Part shown: positions 1 through 14,544 of the stretch, in pieces
Numbering within the stretch: the stretch's first letter is position 1
How the letters are laid out: each line of letters starts with the position of its first letter
Assembly: GCF_001194135.2 (NCBI RefSeq)
Contig: NC_068986.1
Coordinates: 30,703,131-30,767,130, forward strand
Length of the DNA: 64,000 nucleotides
From: Octopus bimaculoides
Taxonomy: Eukaryota
Direction: 5' to 3'
Notes under the pieces: model-generated
Told to the model about the DNA's origin: nothing
What the model saw: only the letters and a program-made list of their open reading frames with translations
The model's database searches: none
Made by a program: the position numbers and the translations under genes

Positions 1-6
1 GGGAAA

Positions 7-46
<40 letters not shown>

Positions 47-1482
47 GAAGACAACTACCATAGCATGTTCAGTTAACATCAATAGAGGGAAGCACCCACA
101 GCCCCAAAGCTTTTTACCTTGATTAACTTTCATTGTAAATGGTGCCAACAATTGTTCTGTTGCCAATTTTAACCTTTTATCTCCTAATGCAGAATAAATG
201 ATGACATTGTGCGTGTGGTTTTATTTTAACAACCTTTTTTTTTATTTTTATTTTTTTCTCATTCTCTCACTTTCTTCTCAAATGTAAAATTTTAAACAGT
301 TTCAGAATATATAATTAAAGTCAGTACAACTAAAGTGCTTAATACATTAATAAACTAATGTGACATAGTATTAGTTGTTTTGGTAATTTACATGCATGTG
401 TATTTGTCTGTGTATGAATGTGTATTTGCATGTAAATATATGGGTTTTGTACATGTATTCATGTGTATGTATTTGCGTCTACATGTGTATATTTTGTTTG
501 ATGTAAGTTGTTAAAGAAATTTGTTTTAAACTTGTTTCTAATTATATAATTGAAATAGGAATTTGCTGTTATCATGGTGATATAATAATGAGAAAAAATA
601 TCCGAGGGAAGAGAAACTGCTGTGAGATGGCAGCAGATGGTAGTTAAAATAGTGTTAAATTAATAAATAACCTTAGGAATAATCCATATCGATTCTCAAA
701 TAACTGATATTAAAAGAAAAAAAAGATGGCCAAGGTTAGGATAATCTTTGAATGAAAGCAATTTTGTAGATCTGTTCAAATTGTGTGGCTAGTGAAGAAA
801 AAAAAAAAAAAACTTGAGCTCATTGCCAAAATTAACTTGGTTCGAAACAAACATTTATTGTATAGCTAATGTAACAATGCTACAACAAATAAAATATTAA
901 GGAAAGTGTTTCGTTATTTATTTCTTAAGTAATAAGCTGCATCTGTCTACTAATAGATTTTAGATGACAAATATAGTATTGAATTAAATTCACAATATGA
1001 AATATGTTTTTTCTATAAACACTGTGTAATGTCTAAACTTTTGATTGCACTCCAGATTGGTAAGGTTAGTTTTATTTTGTTTGCAGATATTCATCTTGCA
1101 AGATTCATTTTAATGAGCTTCACATATGGCAAAATGTTAGTAGATAGTAAAGATATGAGTCAATGAATCTTTAGAAGCAGTTGGCCACTGTGGGTTTTTT
1201 GTTTGTTTTTTTTTATTAATATCTGAATTTGATCTTAAAACATTGTGCTTTCGGCAGTTTAGCAGAATTAAGTTTCTCCTGAAAGCGAACCTACTCCCTT
1301 CTACAGATAAAAATCACACTGATAATTCTTTTTGCAATAACATATCATTTTGCATATAAATAAATCTAATATTTCATAAAAGGAAATTCTGTATAGATAA
1401 AATTATGCATAGATGTTAGAATCCAAGGGAAACGAAGGACAATAGATTATTAATCTTTTGTTTTCTGTTATTGAAGATATAC

Positions 1483-1516
<34 letters not shown>

Positions 1517-2808
1517 AGGAAAATGTCGGTAAATGATTTGTTGTTGTTGTAGAATAGACTGATATAAGCTGTTAATGTATTGATACCATATTACTGCCAT
1601 GATAAGCACTTTGAATGATTAATCCTCTTTATGGTTCTTAGCCTAGTGAATTATTAACTAGTGAGTCATATAAGAAGCCAATTGTTATATTTTATTCCTG
1701 AATTCTTACAACTCTAGGTAGACTTCATAACTTATCTCGAAGTTTGTATCATTGAACTTAACCAAGGCCGAGCAACCCCATGGGGTTATTGTGAGTAATA
1801 GGTGTTTAGAAAGGTGGGGGTCAGGATTTGTCTACAAATGCAATATTCAAAGCAGATACATTATTCATATCTTAAATATATTTTCAAAATAAGTTGTGTT
1901 GGGGTTAGAATATGAGTAGGGCCAGAGGCTCAACATTGTCTTAGAGGATGCAGAGGGGCTGGCACAGGGGGGCACTGATGAACCTGGCCAGTTCTACACA
2001 CTATGATACCTCTGGGACCACTAATCTGAGATGACCCCCAGCCCCATCAAACAAGAGCATCAAGCAAGCATTTATTTTTAATGTTTGTAACTCTGAGCCT
2101 CTTATTTGACTGGAACAGTTTACAAAAAAACTGCTCATTACTCATACATCCATATTCATATATATTTCAGGGATGTACTTGTTGAGCAAAATTCTTAAGT
2201 CAAACATTAAGTACAATAAATCTTAGTCATTCATTATACCACTTGTTAAGTGCAGTGTACTGGGCTTGATGGAAATTATAGTTTGGTCAGTTTCTCTAGC
2301 AATGTTTAACCCATTTATAATGAACATATATTTCTAGGAGTTAAAATATATATGCTGAGGACCTAACACTACAGAGATACATGTGGGATTACCAGAACAT
2401 TTGGTAGATAATGTGCTAATCAACTGAGTATCTTGACTTGGAATACTTTTTCATTACCTATGCATTTTTTTTTTTTTTTCAGATAGTGCAGTATTTGTTT
2501 ACCTCTTACAATTTTCAAGTAGTATTGAGGGAGGAAAAAAATTACAAGAAAGTTATTATATCAATGTAAAACAGATTTCAAAAGCACTTCTAACTCTTAT
2601 AGAAAACCTTTATAAATTCTTGGAAAACAGCTGTGCCAACAAGTCTAACTCTTACTTAATCTCTTTCTTCTAAGATTACCTGATTACAAAACATTCTTTC
2701 TAATGATGATGGAATGGACGGGGTGGTTGTAATAGGAGCAGGTGATAAATAACTAAAAAAATTCAAAATCAAATTTAACTAATTTTGAAATTTTCTTCCA
2801 TCCATCCA

Positions 2809-2855
<47 letters not shown>

Positions 2856-3091
2856 NNNNNNNNNNNNNNNNNNNNNNNNNNNNNNNNNNNNNNNNNNNNN
2901 NNNNNNNNNNNNNNNNNNNNNNNNNNNNNNNNNNNNNNNNNNNNNNNNNNNNNNNNNNNNNNNNNNNNNNNNNNNNNNNNNNNNNNNNNNNNNNNNNNNN
3001 NNNNNNNNNNNNNNNNNNNNNNNNNNNNNNNNNNNNNNNNNNNNNNNNNNNNNNNNNNNNNNNNNNNNNNNNNNNNNNNNNNNNNNNNNNN

Positions 3092-3128
<37 letters not shown>

Positions 3129-4024
3129 TTATTTATTTATTTTATTCTGAAAGAGTATCTTCAAGCTTTCAGCAGTAAGGGGCAGGAGCATGACAGTAGT
3201 AAACTAGGTTGAAAGGATCACAAAATAACACAAATGGTATCTATACTCTGTGAGAGAGAGAGAGAGCGCTCATGCTTACATGGAATCACATCTGTAAATA
3301 TGTTAAAATTATGTTGCTCTGGTATTTGTAATCTTTTGTTACTCTCATTTAGAGATCCCTTGTTGATCTCTAAAATTTGTCTATCTGGAGAAATCAAATT
3401 AAGATGATGGAACTGTAAGGCATCGTTATAAATGAATATTATTATTAATGCAGTAATTACTTCTGTGTGACAGTCTTTTGAAACCAGTTTACAATCATTC
3501 TATTTTTATATCCTGTTCTTTGAATTTTTCTCCTTGCAACAAGTTCCCTTGCCCACCTCCTAAACTATTCTTTTAAAGGCTCAAGTCTTTAGACTATAGT
3601 CATGCTGGGACAATGTCTTCAAGGTTTTTAGTCAATCATGTTAATGCTAGTACTTTCATTTATGAAATTGTTATTATCTTTTGGCATAAAGAGACACTAT
3701 TCGATGCACCAATTTTACACTTGTGTGTGTGTGTGTGTGTGGCAAGCTTTTGTGCAGTTTCTAACAAATTTCACTCACTGAGCTACTACTGCTATGAAGT
3801 GGGATTGAACTGAGAACAATGTGCCTTTGAAGTGAGCTTTTTATTCATAGGTGTATATAGGTGCATTCCTGCACCTATATACTCTTATATATAGATTATA
3901 TATTTCACAATGTCAACGTTGATGTTTCTAGACCAATGCTGTGACTCTTGTTAGGTCAGTTTGTATATCCATAGGTATTTGTTGTTGGCAATTAATTCCA
4001 GGTTAGCCAAGATCAAGAAGACTA

Positions 4025-4069
<45 letters not shown>

Positions 4070-6557
4070 ATGATCAAAGGTATTTTAGGTGTGACCATAA
4101 CATTTTTTTTCCCAGTAGTCACAATATTTCCGATTAAATTATCTAATGTCTTTTTATTTATTTTATTTTGAAAACAATTTGGGTGTGTCATTTGACCTAA
4201 TTATCTTTCATGTTGTAAGTTCTATGGCTATAAATGCAGGGCATCTTGACCAAGTATCTTCAACTATGGCCCTAGACCAACTAGCGCCTTGCAAGTGAAT
4301 TTAGCTAACTGAAATTATGCAGATGTCCTTCATATATATTTTTGGCTCTTCTGGTCAGTTATTACTGGTTTGTTTACATCCCCATAACCTAGTGACTTTA
4401 CAAAGAGACCTATAAAATAAGAGAGACTTAAAACTGGGTTATGGAGTCAGTTCGATCAAGTAACCCCTTCAAGGCTATGCTTCAACATGACTGCAGTTAC
4501 CAATAAAAGAATAAAAGAATAGTTATTACATCATCATCATAAACATCAATTATATGGGGGTGGAAAGGTACAAAAAGATGCAATTCATATTCCACTGCCA
4601 GCATTGATCTGCTTTTAGGCCGATAGTACAACTCTTGTTCACTCTTGTTAGATCAGTTTGCATATCTGTAAATAGATAGTTACTGTTGGTGTCAATTAAC
4701 TCCAAGTTAACCAAGATTAAGTAGACCAATGTATAATCAGGCATTCTAGCTGTGACTGTCACATTTTTTCCCAGCAGTCAGTATTTTTAGGACTAAATAA
4801 TATGCCATGTTCTTCACTTTATATGTGATGTTTCTTTTCTATTTGAAGATGATAGGGTATGTCAAGTTATACACACATGCACACACCAAAATTAAATTAA
4901 TTGTTAATCATGAATTCAATTACCTATTGAAATAAGTAATTAATACATATAAAGGATAAAGATAAAAGCTCTTCCCACATCACATAGACTCATAGGGTTG
5001 GTTTCTTGGTTTCTGTGACTTGGGCCAGACACCAGTCTGTTGCAGGATTACTCATTTTTGCTAGCTGAGTGGACTGGAGCAACATGAATTGAAGTGTTTT
5101 GCTCAACAACACTATGTCGCCCAGTCCAGGAATTGAAACCATAATCTTACAATCATGAGTCCAACACCCTAATTACTAAGCCACATGCCTCTCCAATTAA
5201 TACATATATTTATATGATGATATAAAGCTCACAATAGACTTCTTGTCCTTTTTTAAGTTTTTTAAACTTTCTCTCTATAAAAATTCATTTCTTATAAATA
5301 AAATTGAAAAGGTTCAATTTTCATCCAACCACTCATTTTAGCCCTAATTTATGAAGCAAATTATTAGGCTACTTGTTAAAAAGTTAAATATTGACACCTA
5401 CTCTTCCCATTTGCTAATTATTGACTTATTATGGATGGTATATTTATCTTTCTGATTCAATTTCTATTATTGCTTTGAGACTAGATATAATGAAGTCCCA
5501 TCTTATCTTATAAGTATTTCACATTTTCTTGTTAGGAAAACCTTCATGTATAAAAATCTATTCACATCAAGGATTTAAATACTCCTACCCTATATTTAAC
5601 TAATTCTTGGTTGCATCACCCCTCCAAAATGATTAAAGGCAAAATTGAACTCAGTCTGTAAGGAACCATGATAAAATACCTCTAGGTATATTATCTGACT
5701 ATCTAATAACACTGCCAATCCATCACCTTCCAAAGTTTTTATCCTTTGTACTACCTATTAAAGTTAAATTTGCATAATACTTTCATTAGTATGTGTTGGG
5801 GTACCTTCATTTAAAAATTTAGTATTTTTACTAAGTTGAACGTAAAAATGTGACATTATTTTAAATATCTCTAAATACAAGTATTTAACGTACCCTACCT
5901 TTCAAAAATATTATTGGCTTGTGTGTGCCAAGGGGCTTTTATTAACTGATAAACTCTTAGCAGCAACTCTGGCTATCAAGTTGCATTGCATCCTAGAATT
6001 TGGGCTCAGTTTCCAATAATAGAACGTTCAAGAAAGGAATAGTTTGCTCATATAAGCTCTGTTATTGCTGTTGTTCATATTATTTGCACTTCAAAAGCGA
6101 ATACTTTTAAGTGTAGGGTTTGAAATGTCAAATTGCCATTTATTCCTATTTCAGTTAATATAGTTCTTGGTGGAACTAAACAGCAAATAGATGCTTAGCA
6201 GAAAGGCATGCTACCAAGGGGCTGTTACTACTTTCCCAGCAAGGCTCTCTCTCTCTCTCTACTTTTGAAGCTGTCCCTATAGAATTTGTTGTTTTCCCTT
6301 CTACTTAAGGAGGTAGAGCAAAGATAAAAAGCAGCTTATCATAATAGTTGTTTAGTTGGAAATAATTTATTGGATTCACTCCTAGGCATATATTTGTTGA
6401 ACTGTGTGAGAAAGAAACACAGATCTGGACTCATGTTACGTTTCCAGCTTCAGCCTGGCACTCCTGTCTGTTGCCAAAAAACTAAAGAATCAACACTATA
6501 TAATTCGTCCTCTTCATTACCAAAAAAAACTCCTCTCTATACTTCCACTTGTTTCAG

Positions 6558-6691
6558 ATATATCGGCCAAAAAGATTCTGTTACCATAAGTATTTGGAAC
6601 CATAAAAAGATCCACAAGAAACAAGGTGCTGGCTTCTTAGGATGTGTACGAATCACTTCACATACTATCCAACAGTTGAAAGACACTGGCT
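6558..6691 (+). CDS. SMURF2: SMURF E3 ubiquitin ligase, C2-domain exon (first exon visible in the window; upstream exons not found)
   Basis: ttcag/…/gtaagt boundaries; YIGQKDSVTISIWNHKKIHKKQGAGFLGCVRITSHTIQQLKDTG matches SMURF C2 (human YIGKSDSVTISVWNHKKIHKKQGAGFLGCVR). Confidence 0.96.
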
Positions 6692-9006
6692 GTAAGTTAT
6701 GTTTTTGTTGTTTGTCTTTCTTTCAGGATTTTCTACAAATATTTAATTCTAGTTGACAATTTTTTTTCCTACCAAAAGTTGAACACTTATAATTTGTTCT
6801 TGTCCCATCTTTAATTCATATTTTTCACAGATGTTGCTGCAATCTTTCTCATTTAGTGAGAAATACCAAGTCCAAAGTATTACTTTATTATAGATATTTT
6901 ATTGCCTGTATAAAGTAAATATATACCAGATGTTTTTATCTCTTTTTTTTTTCAATATATGTATGTGTATTTTAGTTAGTTATGTTTTATCCTTCTCTTA
7001 TAAATTGTCAAGTACCTCCAATGTCACTTAAATCTCCACCCACTCTTTGTTTAACTCAATTGTCACCTAAAGGTGTAAACTAAGCTCATTAAACACCACC
7101 TTACTAGTTGGAAGTAACAAGCAGCTTTACTAGTGTGTGGTTGTTTCATTACTTTGAAATTTAAATCTCACTAGTATTAGTCTCTGCCTGTCTGTCTGTT
7201 CAGTACTACTAATAAATTCCCTATCAGTTTAGCTGCCATTAAAGAAATAATATCTGTAGCCTGGATCTATAATTACATGACCCATTAAAAAAATGAAAAT
7301 TACCTGTCAGTTTTTTTTTTTTTTTTTTTTTTAAACAGGTAAGCTTGAGAACTTGTTATTCCAGTTATAGATTTTTGTTTTCTTTCTCACATTATCTTAC
7401 AGGGTGGCTGATGTATTTTCTTAGATGTTGCTTGCTTCATCTTACTCCTAGTGATGCATGTGTGTGCATGTATTACTACTTGCTTTCAACCTTTCTTAAA
7501 TACTCTTTTACTCTTTTACTTGTTTCAGTCATTTGACTGTGGCCATGCTGGAGCAATGCCTTTAGTCGAGCAAATCGACCCCAGGACTTATTCTTTGTAA
7601 GCCTAGTACTTATTCTATCAGTCTCTTTTGCCAAACCGCTATTCAATTTTCTTAGGTTTACCTAGAATATCATCATCATCCAGTGTTTTAAATCTGGGTT
7701 TTGTCCCCATTAACAGGGGTGGACAGATCTACCTCAATGCCATAGCAACCAAGGCAAGCAGGTGCAACCCACCCCAACCTTTGAGCTGGCTGGTGCCCAT
7801 TCTCCTTTGCTTTCATGAGGCTTTTTTGGAGCTGGATTTTCTATGGGGAGCATGCCCTTGCTTACCCCCAACTTCAGTTTCTAGACATGAGTGGTCTGAG
7901 ACCAAGGCCTCTACCATGATTTTTAAGAAATATGGTGGAAAAAATATCTCAGGAAGGCAGACATTTCTCCCTGAGACTCCTTTCAGAGCTCCTCTACCAT
8001 CACGATTATTTACAGTTAACAATATTTGTTGTGAGAGAAATCATAAAGTTACAAAGCTCTGAAATTTTGTAACGAATTCTTTCCTTAAAATTACTTTTTA
8101 CGTATCCACACAAGTTTTGTGTTGCTCTTAGATGGGCACAGGTGTGACTGTGTGCATATGTTCATTTTGACAACCACAGGGTTCTGGGTTTGATCCTATT
8201 GTGAAGCACTTTGAACTAGTCTCTTCTACCTTATCGCCTCAGGCTGACCAAGACTTTGGGTGTGGAATTTCATAAATTAGAAACTGTGCTGAAGCCCATT
8301 GTATGTATTGTGGGTGAGGGATAAGAAGTTTGCCTTCCAACCACATGGTTCCTGGTTCAGCCCTATTGTGTGGCATCTTGGGCAAGTGTTTTCTGCTATA
8401 GCCTTGGACTGATCAAAGCCTTGTGAATTGATTTAGAGACAGAAACTGAAAGAAGACTATCATATGTGTGTGTGTGTGTATTGGTGCTTTATGTTCCCAT
8501 AACTTAGCAGTTTGGCAAAAGAGATTAATAAAATTAGTACCAGACAAGCACTGGTGTCAATGTGTTTGACCAATATTCTTCAAGCTTTAAGGTGGCAAGC
8601 TGGCAGAAACGTTAGCACGCCGGGTGAAATGCTTAGTGGTATTTCATCTGTCTTTACATTCTGAGTTCAAATTTCACCAAGGTCAACTTTGCCTTTCATC
8701 CTTTTGGAGTCGATAAATTAAGTACCAGTTGCGTACTGGGGTCAACCTAATTTTAGCAACATGTAAAGAACATTGATAATTAAAATTATCAAAAAAAAAA
8801 TAATAGAATTTGATGGGAGGAAATTATTTAACTGACTTAAAGTGAACAGAACTAACTACTACATTTTGGACATTGTCCATGAGATATAATGTCCTTGTCA
8901 TCTTTGTTCAGATGTCCATTATAAAAATATTTGCTCAAAAAAAGAAAGAAAAGATTCAGTCTTTGTTTTATAACCCTGTCAACCCAAACCCAGCCGGACT
9001 ATGAGC

Positions 9007-9060
<54 letters not shown>

Positions 9061-9211
9061 AATATGTATCTGGGACTGCATTATACAATCTAACAGTTGT
9101 TAAATTTTTAGTTGCATTGCACACTGAAATTTGTTGTTAGAAAATGCCAGAATGTTGTGGATAGGTTATTCAAGTGTGTATTGTAAATGTTGTTTTGTGT
9201 CTTCCTCATAG

Positions 9212-9380
9212 TTCAACGGTTGGAATTACAGAAAAGAAATGCAGATGACCCTGATCAAATGAAAGGCCAGATTATCATAAGCCTAATATCCAGAGACAAA
9301 GGTAGTTCAGCCCCTGCTATCACTGACACACCTTCTATTCAGCCAGTTATACTAAATGACCCCAATGAACTTCCTGATGG
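9212..9380 (+). CDS. SMURF2: SMURF exon (end of C2, linker, start of WW1)
   Basis: catag/…/gtaagt; FQRLELQKRNADDPDQMKGQIIISLISRD…NELPDG; splice phases consistent. Confidence 0.95.
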
Positions 9381-11689
9381 GTAAGTCTGTTGTAATATAC
9401 AAGTATATATAATAATTATTATTGCTGGTAACCAATGACCTGCTCCCAGATTTTTTTTACTCATTTCCCTAGTGAAGTTTGATGTTTATTTTTTTATCAG
9501 TATGTTTCATTGTTCTTTTCTTTGACAACAAAATATACTTGTAACAATTTCAAATGTTCTCATACTTTTTCATTAAAAATCTTTGCACTTTAAATATTCT
9601 ATTTTACTTTAATTGAATTAAATTTCTAAAAAGCTAGGTTTTCATCAATAAACAATCACAAAAATAGACGAAGATATAATTTGGTTATTGGTTTTGAAAG
9701 AGACTTGATGGCTGTACAGCAATGCTCTAATTATGGATGATTGTCACTTTTCTTCCCAACTATTGTTGTTTAATTATTGTTTCCTAACATCATCATCATC
9801 ATCATTCTCATTAAAGTCATTTTTCAAACACTCAATCATCTATATATCTGCTGAAAGCTATTGCTTAATTTACTTGATGCCCTTTTTAGCACCAGTCATG
9901 AATTAGTTCTGTCTATGAAAGAAATATTTTCACACATTGGTTTGTATTTATAATCCAATCCATGTCAGTATGGAAAACTGTGTGTATGTATGACTATTGT
10001 TGAGTTGATGATAGTTAAATACCTCGAAGCAAAAAGCATTGTTTACACATGTTATTGTTAATGCTTTCAATGGCAATCTTCCTAATATCATCCCTGGTTC
10101 CATACAAAGCTTCTCATTTCAAACTATTCATATTTAAATTAAAACTTGTAATTTTAAGAGTCTTTTATGTTCAAATCCCAGTTAATTGTGCACGAAAATC
10201 TTACTTTTACTAAGCCATTCGAAATTCTAGATTATTTTTAAAATTAAAGGAAATATCTAGGTAGATGAAATTTTTAGACATCACTTATCTTGCTAAATCC
10301 TTTGAGAAAATTTTACCATCACAGTTTTGCTTTTTTTTTTTTTCTACCTTCAACCAAGCAAGAAACCATTAAATGTGGAATTGTTTTTATATTTACTTCA
10401 ATTATCTCCCTTAACTAATTTTGAGGCAGTGTTGTGTGAATAGAAAATTCCCACTGCTATGCTTGTCATAAAGGAATTATTTTATTATGTGACTTGTTGT
10501 GAAGGGTATTTGATTTGAGTAAAGGATAGGAAAGAAAATCTTTTCCTCATCGAGAACATCTGACTCACTTCAAATCAGTTGACTAATTTCCTACCAAGCA
10601 CTTATTAACTGAATAAATGCTTTTGGGACAGATCCCGTTTTCTCTCTCCGCCCCCCCCCCACTCGTTAATCTTGTGGGTTAAGTAATATTAGAATATCTA
10701 TTTCCATGGGCTTCAGTTTACCTCAGTTGTTTAGGCTTGGTTTAAGCTTCCAGAAAATAGAATATAGCGTCCTTTGCAACATGGTCGGTACTGTGAATTT
10801 TCTATCCACTCAACTACACTTCACCACAGTACATAATTTTGCAGTGAGTGATACTAGTCTATAAAGTTTCTTCCTTTTCCTGCCACTGAGGTTGAATGAT
10901 TTAGTGGAAAGGACCCTTTCATTAACTCAAAAGCTCATCAATTCAAACCCTATTGTAATTATTACATTGTACCATTGTTGAAGGCATGTGGCCTAGTGGT
11001 TAAGGATGTTTGACTCATGACCATAAGGCTATGGGTTTCATTCCTGGACCAGGCAGTGCACTTTATTTCATGTTGCTCCAGTTTACTCAGCTGTAATGGG
11101 TACCAGTCAGGTGCTGATGCAAGCAGCCCCTTCTCTCCTTCCAGCTATCACATTCTGGATAATTTTCTGGATTAAGGCTGCTTGAGATTACATACACACC
11201 TAAAACAACTAGCAGAAACATGGTACATGTTACCAAACCATACTTATTTGCAGCTGGCTGTGCTACACATTGTGACATTGCTTCAGATTCAATATTCCAG
11301 TTTCTTCAGAGACAGGTATATCATTCTCATTTGAGTAAAAACTAATTCTAACAACTTATGTGTGTCCAAAATTTCAGCTTTCTTTTCCTCATTTTTACCT
11401 ACCACGTTAGTCAGAAGGTGTTGTAATGTGACTTAATCAACTTAATATCTCTTCCATTCTCCCCATATAGAGCATCACATGGTTCACCCATGGGAAAGCA
11501 CTACAAGCCAATGAAACATTTGTCAGTTACATAGCCGTCTCCTGTCCCTCACTGCTGCTTACAGTACTTAGCTGTACCCCCTTGTAGTAATTACTTAACA
11601 GCTAACTAACTAGAGCTATTGAGAATAAAATGCCTTTACCACAAAAACGGACCAGCACTTGTAAAATTCAGAGGTTGACTATCATGGTG

Positions 11690-11770
11690 CTGTTGTTGTT
11701 GTGGTGGTGGTGGTGGTGGTGGTGGTGGTGGTGGTGGGGTGGTAGTGATAGTAGTAGCAGTGGTGGTGTT
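11690..11770 (+). repeat. (GTT)n/(GGT)n trinucleotide tract upstream of the WW1 exon
   Basis: Direct reading. Confidence 0.9.
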
Positions 11771-11818
11771 AATTGTTATTATTACTGATATTATTATCAA
11801 CTTGTTTACCTGTTCCAG

Positions 11819-11902
11819 CTGGGAAGAAAGGACAACTGCCGATGGTAGAGTTGAGTTTGTCAACCATGTTACAAGAACAATTCACTGTGAGCGACCTACA
11901 AG
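11819..11902 (+). CDS. SMURF2: SMURF WW1 exon (84 nt, symmetric phase 2-2)
   Basis: ttccag/…/gtaata; WEERTTADGRVEFVNHVTRTIHCERPTR, homologous to SMURF2 WW1. Confidence 0.92.
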
Positions 11903-12323
11903 GTAATAAACTTACCTGATGGGCATTTTCCTAATCTCTCTCTTTTCTCTCTCCTTCTCTCTCTCTCCTTCCCTCTATATAGATTAGATTTAAAAGTGCG
12001 CTCAACACAGATACTAGGAAAATCTCTTTAAAGATAATCCTGGTTAATCTTAACTGGTTTAAAATCTTAAACAATTATTATTAATAGATGTTCTACCCTT
12101 CATTTGCTGTTGTTGCTTTGAGCATCCAACATTAGGTTATATTTCTGAAATAGTCACCGATTTATTTATGATATATATCAGGATTAATTATCATTAGTAC
12201 TAATAAGTGATACTCTGTTCATTTTAAAAAAGGCATCTTTAATGTTGGTAAATAGTGATAAATGTTGTTATTCATCTGACCTTTAATTTTGTCTGTGTGA
12301 AACAGGGAAATTTTTTTTTTTTT

Positions 12324-12361
<38 letters not shown>

Positions 12362-13956
12362 AAAAAGACTTTCACTTCAGTCTAAGATCTCTGAAGATTT
12401 GCCCTACAATCTAAGTAATCAGCATTTAGTATTTGCAAGAAAGCAAAACAATCATTATATACATCACCATCCTTGTCATCATCTTTCATGCTTTACTTCT
12501 AATTTCTTTACAATATGCATTTGAGTATGTGTATATATGAATGAGTGTTCATAAGTGTATATTTAACTCTTTAGCATTTAAACCAGCTAGATCTGGCCTT
12601 GCACACCTACCCTACAAAGTCATTCAAAAAATAAAACTCTCATCATTGAAATCTCAAATCTACAAGATAACTCGTGGTTAATTCAAAACAGTGTGAATAA
12701 ATAAGTATTACATTTGACAATAATTTGAATGTTAAAGGGTTGAATCTATTTCTTTGTAATTAATGCAGGGTGTGGCATGTACAAATATGGATATTAGTAA
12801 GAATTATTGGAATGTTTTACTTCCATTACTAACCAAATCATTAATTCCTTCTTCCATTCATTCATTCATTCGTTCATATCTGTTTTCATCCAGAATAATT
12901 TAAGATGTGTAATATTTTTGTTTTTGTGTGCACTGGATTCTTGTCAATTTCGATAGATAAGTGTTCCAGTTGTTTAATCATCTTCATTTTAATGTCCACT
13001 TTTCCATGCTTGCATGGGTCATGTGGAATTTGTTGAGGCTGGATGTCCTTGCTGTCATCAACCCTCGTCAGTTTCCAAGTAAGGTAATATTTACCTATGA
13101 CCAGATACGTTTTCGTGGAAGATTGGGAATGAAGGTGACACTTGCTTGCAACTATCACATGATCTCAAGGCAACGCAACAGTAAAACCACACACACATGC
13201 GACAGGTTTCCTTCTGCTTTTGTCTACTGATTCCACTCAGAAAGCTTTGGTTGATCTGGAGCTATATTAGAAGATACTTGCCCATTACACCCCTCAACCA
13301 CACCTATGCCTGTGGAACTAATTAATCATTGTATTACAAATGTGGCTGGGCATTCTACTGACACTCCTACTGATAATGTAGGCCCACAGGCAGAATCTAC
13401 ATGACACTGTAAATGACATGGCTATCTCTCTGATTTAATGATGGGCTTCATCACAGTTTCTCTGTACCCAATTTCACTCACAACACTTGGGTTGGGCCAG
13501 TCTATGGTGGAAGATACTTTCCCAAGGTTCCATGCATTAGTGAGCCTTGTGATAGCAAAGCAAACTTAATCACATGGTATGGACACATTTATGTATACAT
13601 ACAATGTACCTCAATGACTTTAGATCAAGATTACATTTGATTTGTAGATCTTCAGTCAAAATAGAGACTAACACAGAGAAAGAATTCAAAAACTATTAAA
13701 AATATGGGGGAAAATAAAAGCAGAATGAAGAGAAGACTCAACAATAGAATTGAGTGTGTGTTAGGAAGGATTTTTGTGTTTGTGGCCCTTCACAAGGCCT
13801 CTGAGATTTATGGGAGGAAAGGGGTTATCTTCAAACTACAAGGTCTGGTACAAATACTCGGAACAGAATGGACTTTGCTAAAGGAACCCAAGGTAATGGT
13901 GCTAAGCTAGGTGAAAGATTGAGTCTATCACTTATATAAGTGGGGTATTTTTTCAC

Positions 13957-13997
<41 letters not shown>

Positions 13998-13999
<2 letters not shown>

Positions 14000-14365
14000 T
14001 ATGGCTTTGTGGGTAAAAAGCTTGCTTCCCAACTGCATGGTTTCAAGTTCAGTCCCACTGTGGCACTTTGGGCAAGAGTCTTCTACTATAGCCTCAGACC
14101 AATCAAAGCCTTGGATTTGGTAGAAGGAAACTGAAAGAAGCCCGTTGTAATATGTACATCTGTGTCTGTGTTCATCCCCCACCGTTGCTTGGCAACCAGT
14201 ATTGGTGTGTTTATGTCCCTGTGACTTAGTGGTTCAGCAAAAAGAAACCAATAGAATAAGTACCAGGCTTTAAAAAAAAAAAATTAACGCTGGGGTCAGT
14301 TCATTCAACTGAAACTCTTTAGCTTGGTGCCCCCAGCATGGTCACAATCTAATGACTGAAATAAG
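13998..14365 (+). mobile_element. SINE family A (ccacatggttc…ggaaactgaaagaagccc); other copies near 8310, 22075, 30930, 36590, 50000 (+) and 39580, 40690, 42170, 44360, 56630 (-)
   Basis: Repeated ~350-nt tRNA-like element in both orientations. Confidence 0.8.
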
Positions 14366-14544
14366 TAAATGGTAAACATGCATGTATGCACATGTGCGCA
14401 CACATGCACACACAGAGTATTTTTTGGAAAAAGATGTCTTAGAATGCCAGGTCAACATATCAACATTTTTCCTAATTCTGAATAACACTTTGCAAATTGA
14501 ACCGTTTCACATAGATTTCCTTTCTATATTTTTTGTTTTTTTAG

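Noticed and set aside
1056-1059. 4-nt micro-exon candidate (tccag ATTG gtaagg) in the SMURF intron
   Set aside because: It would shift the frame, does not match the missing SMURF residues, and has no other support.
1-6557. Missing 5' SMURF exons (VLCAKNL…, LPDPFAK…WNQHYDL)
   Set aside because: Not found by eye on the + strand; presumed upstream of the window or inside gap 2856-3091.
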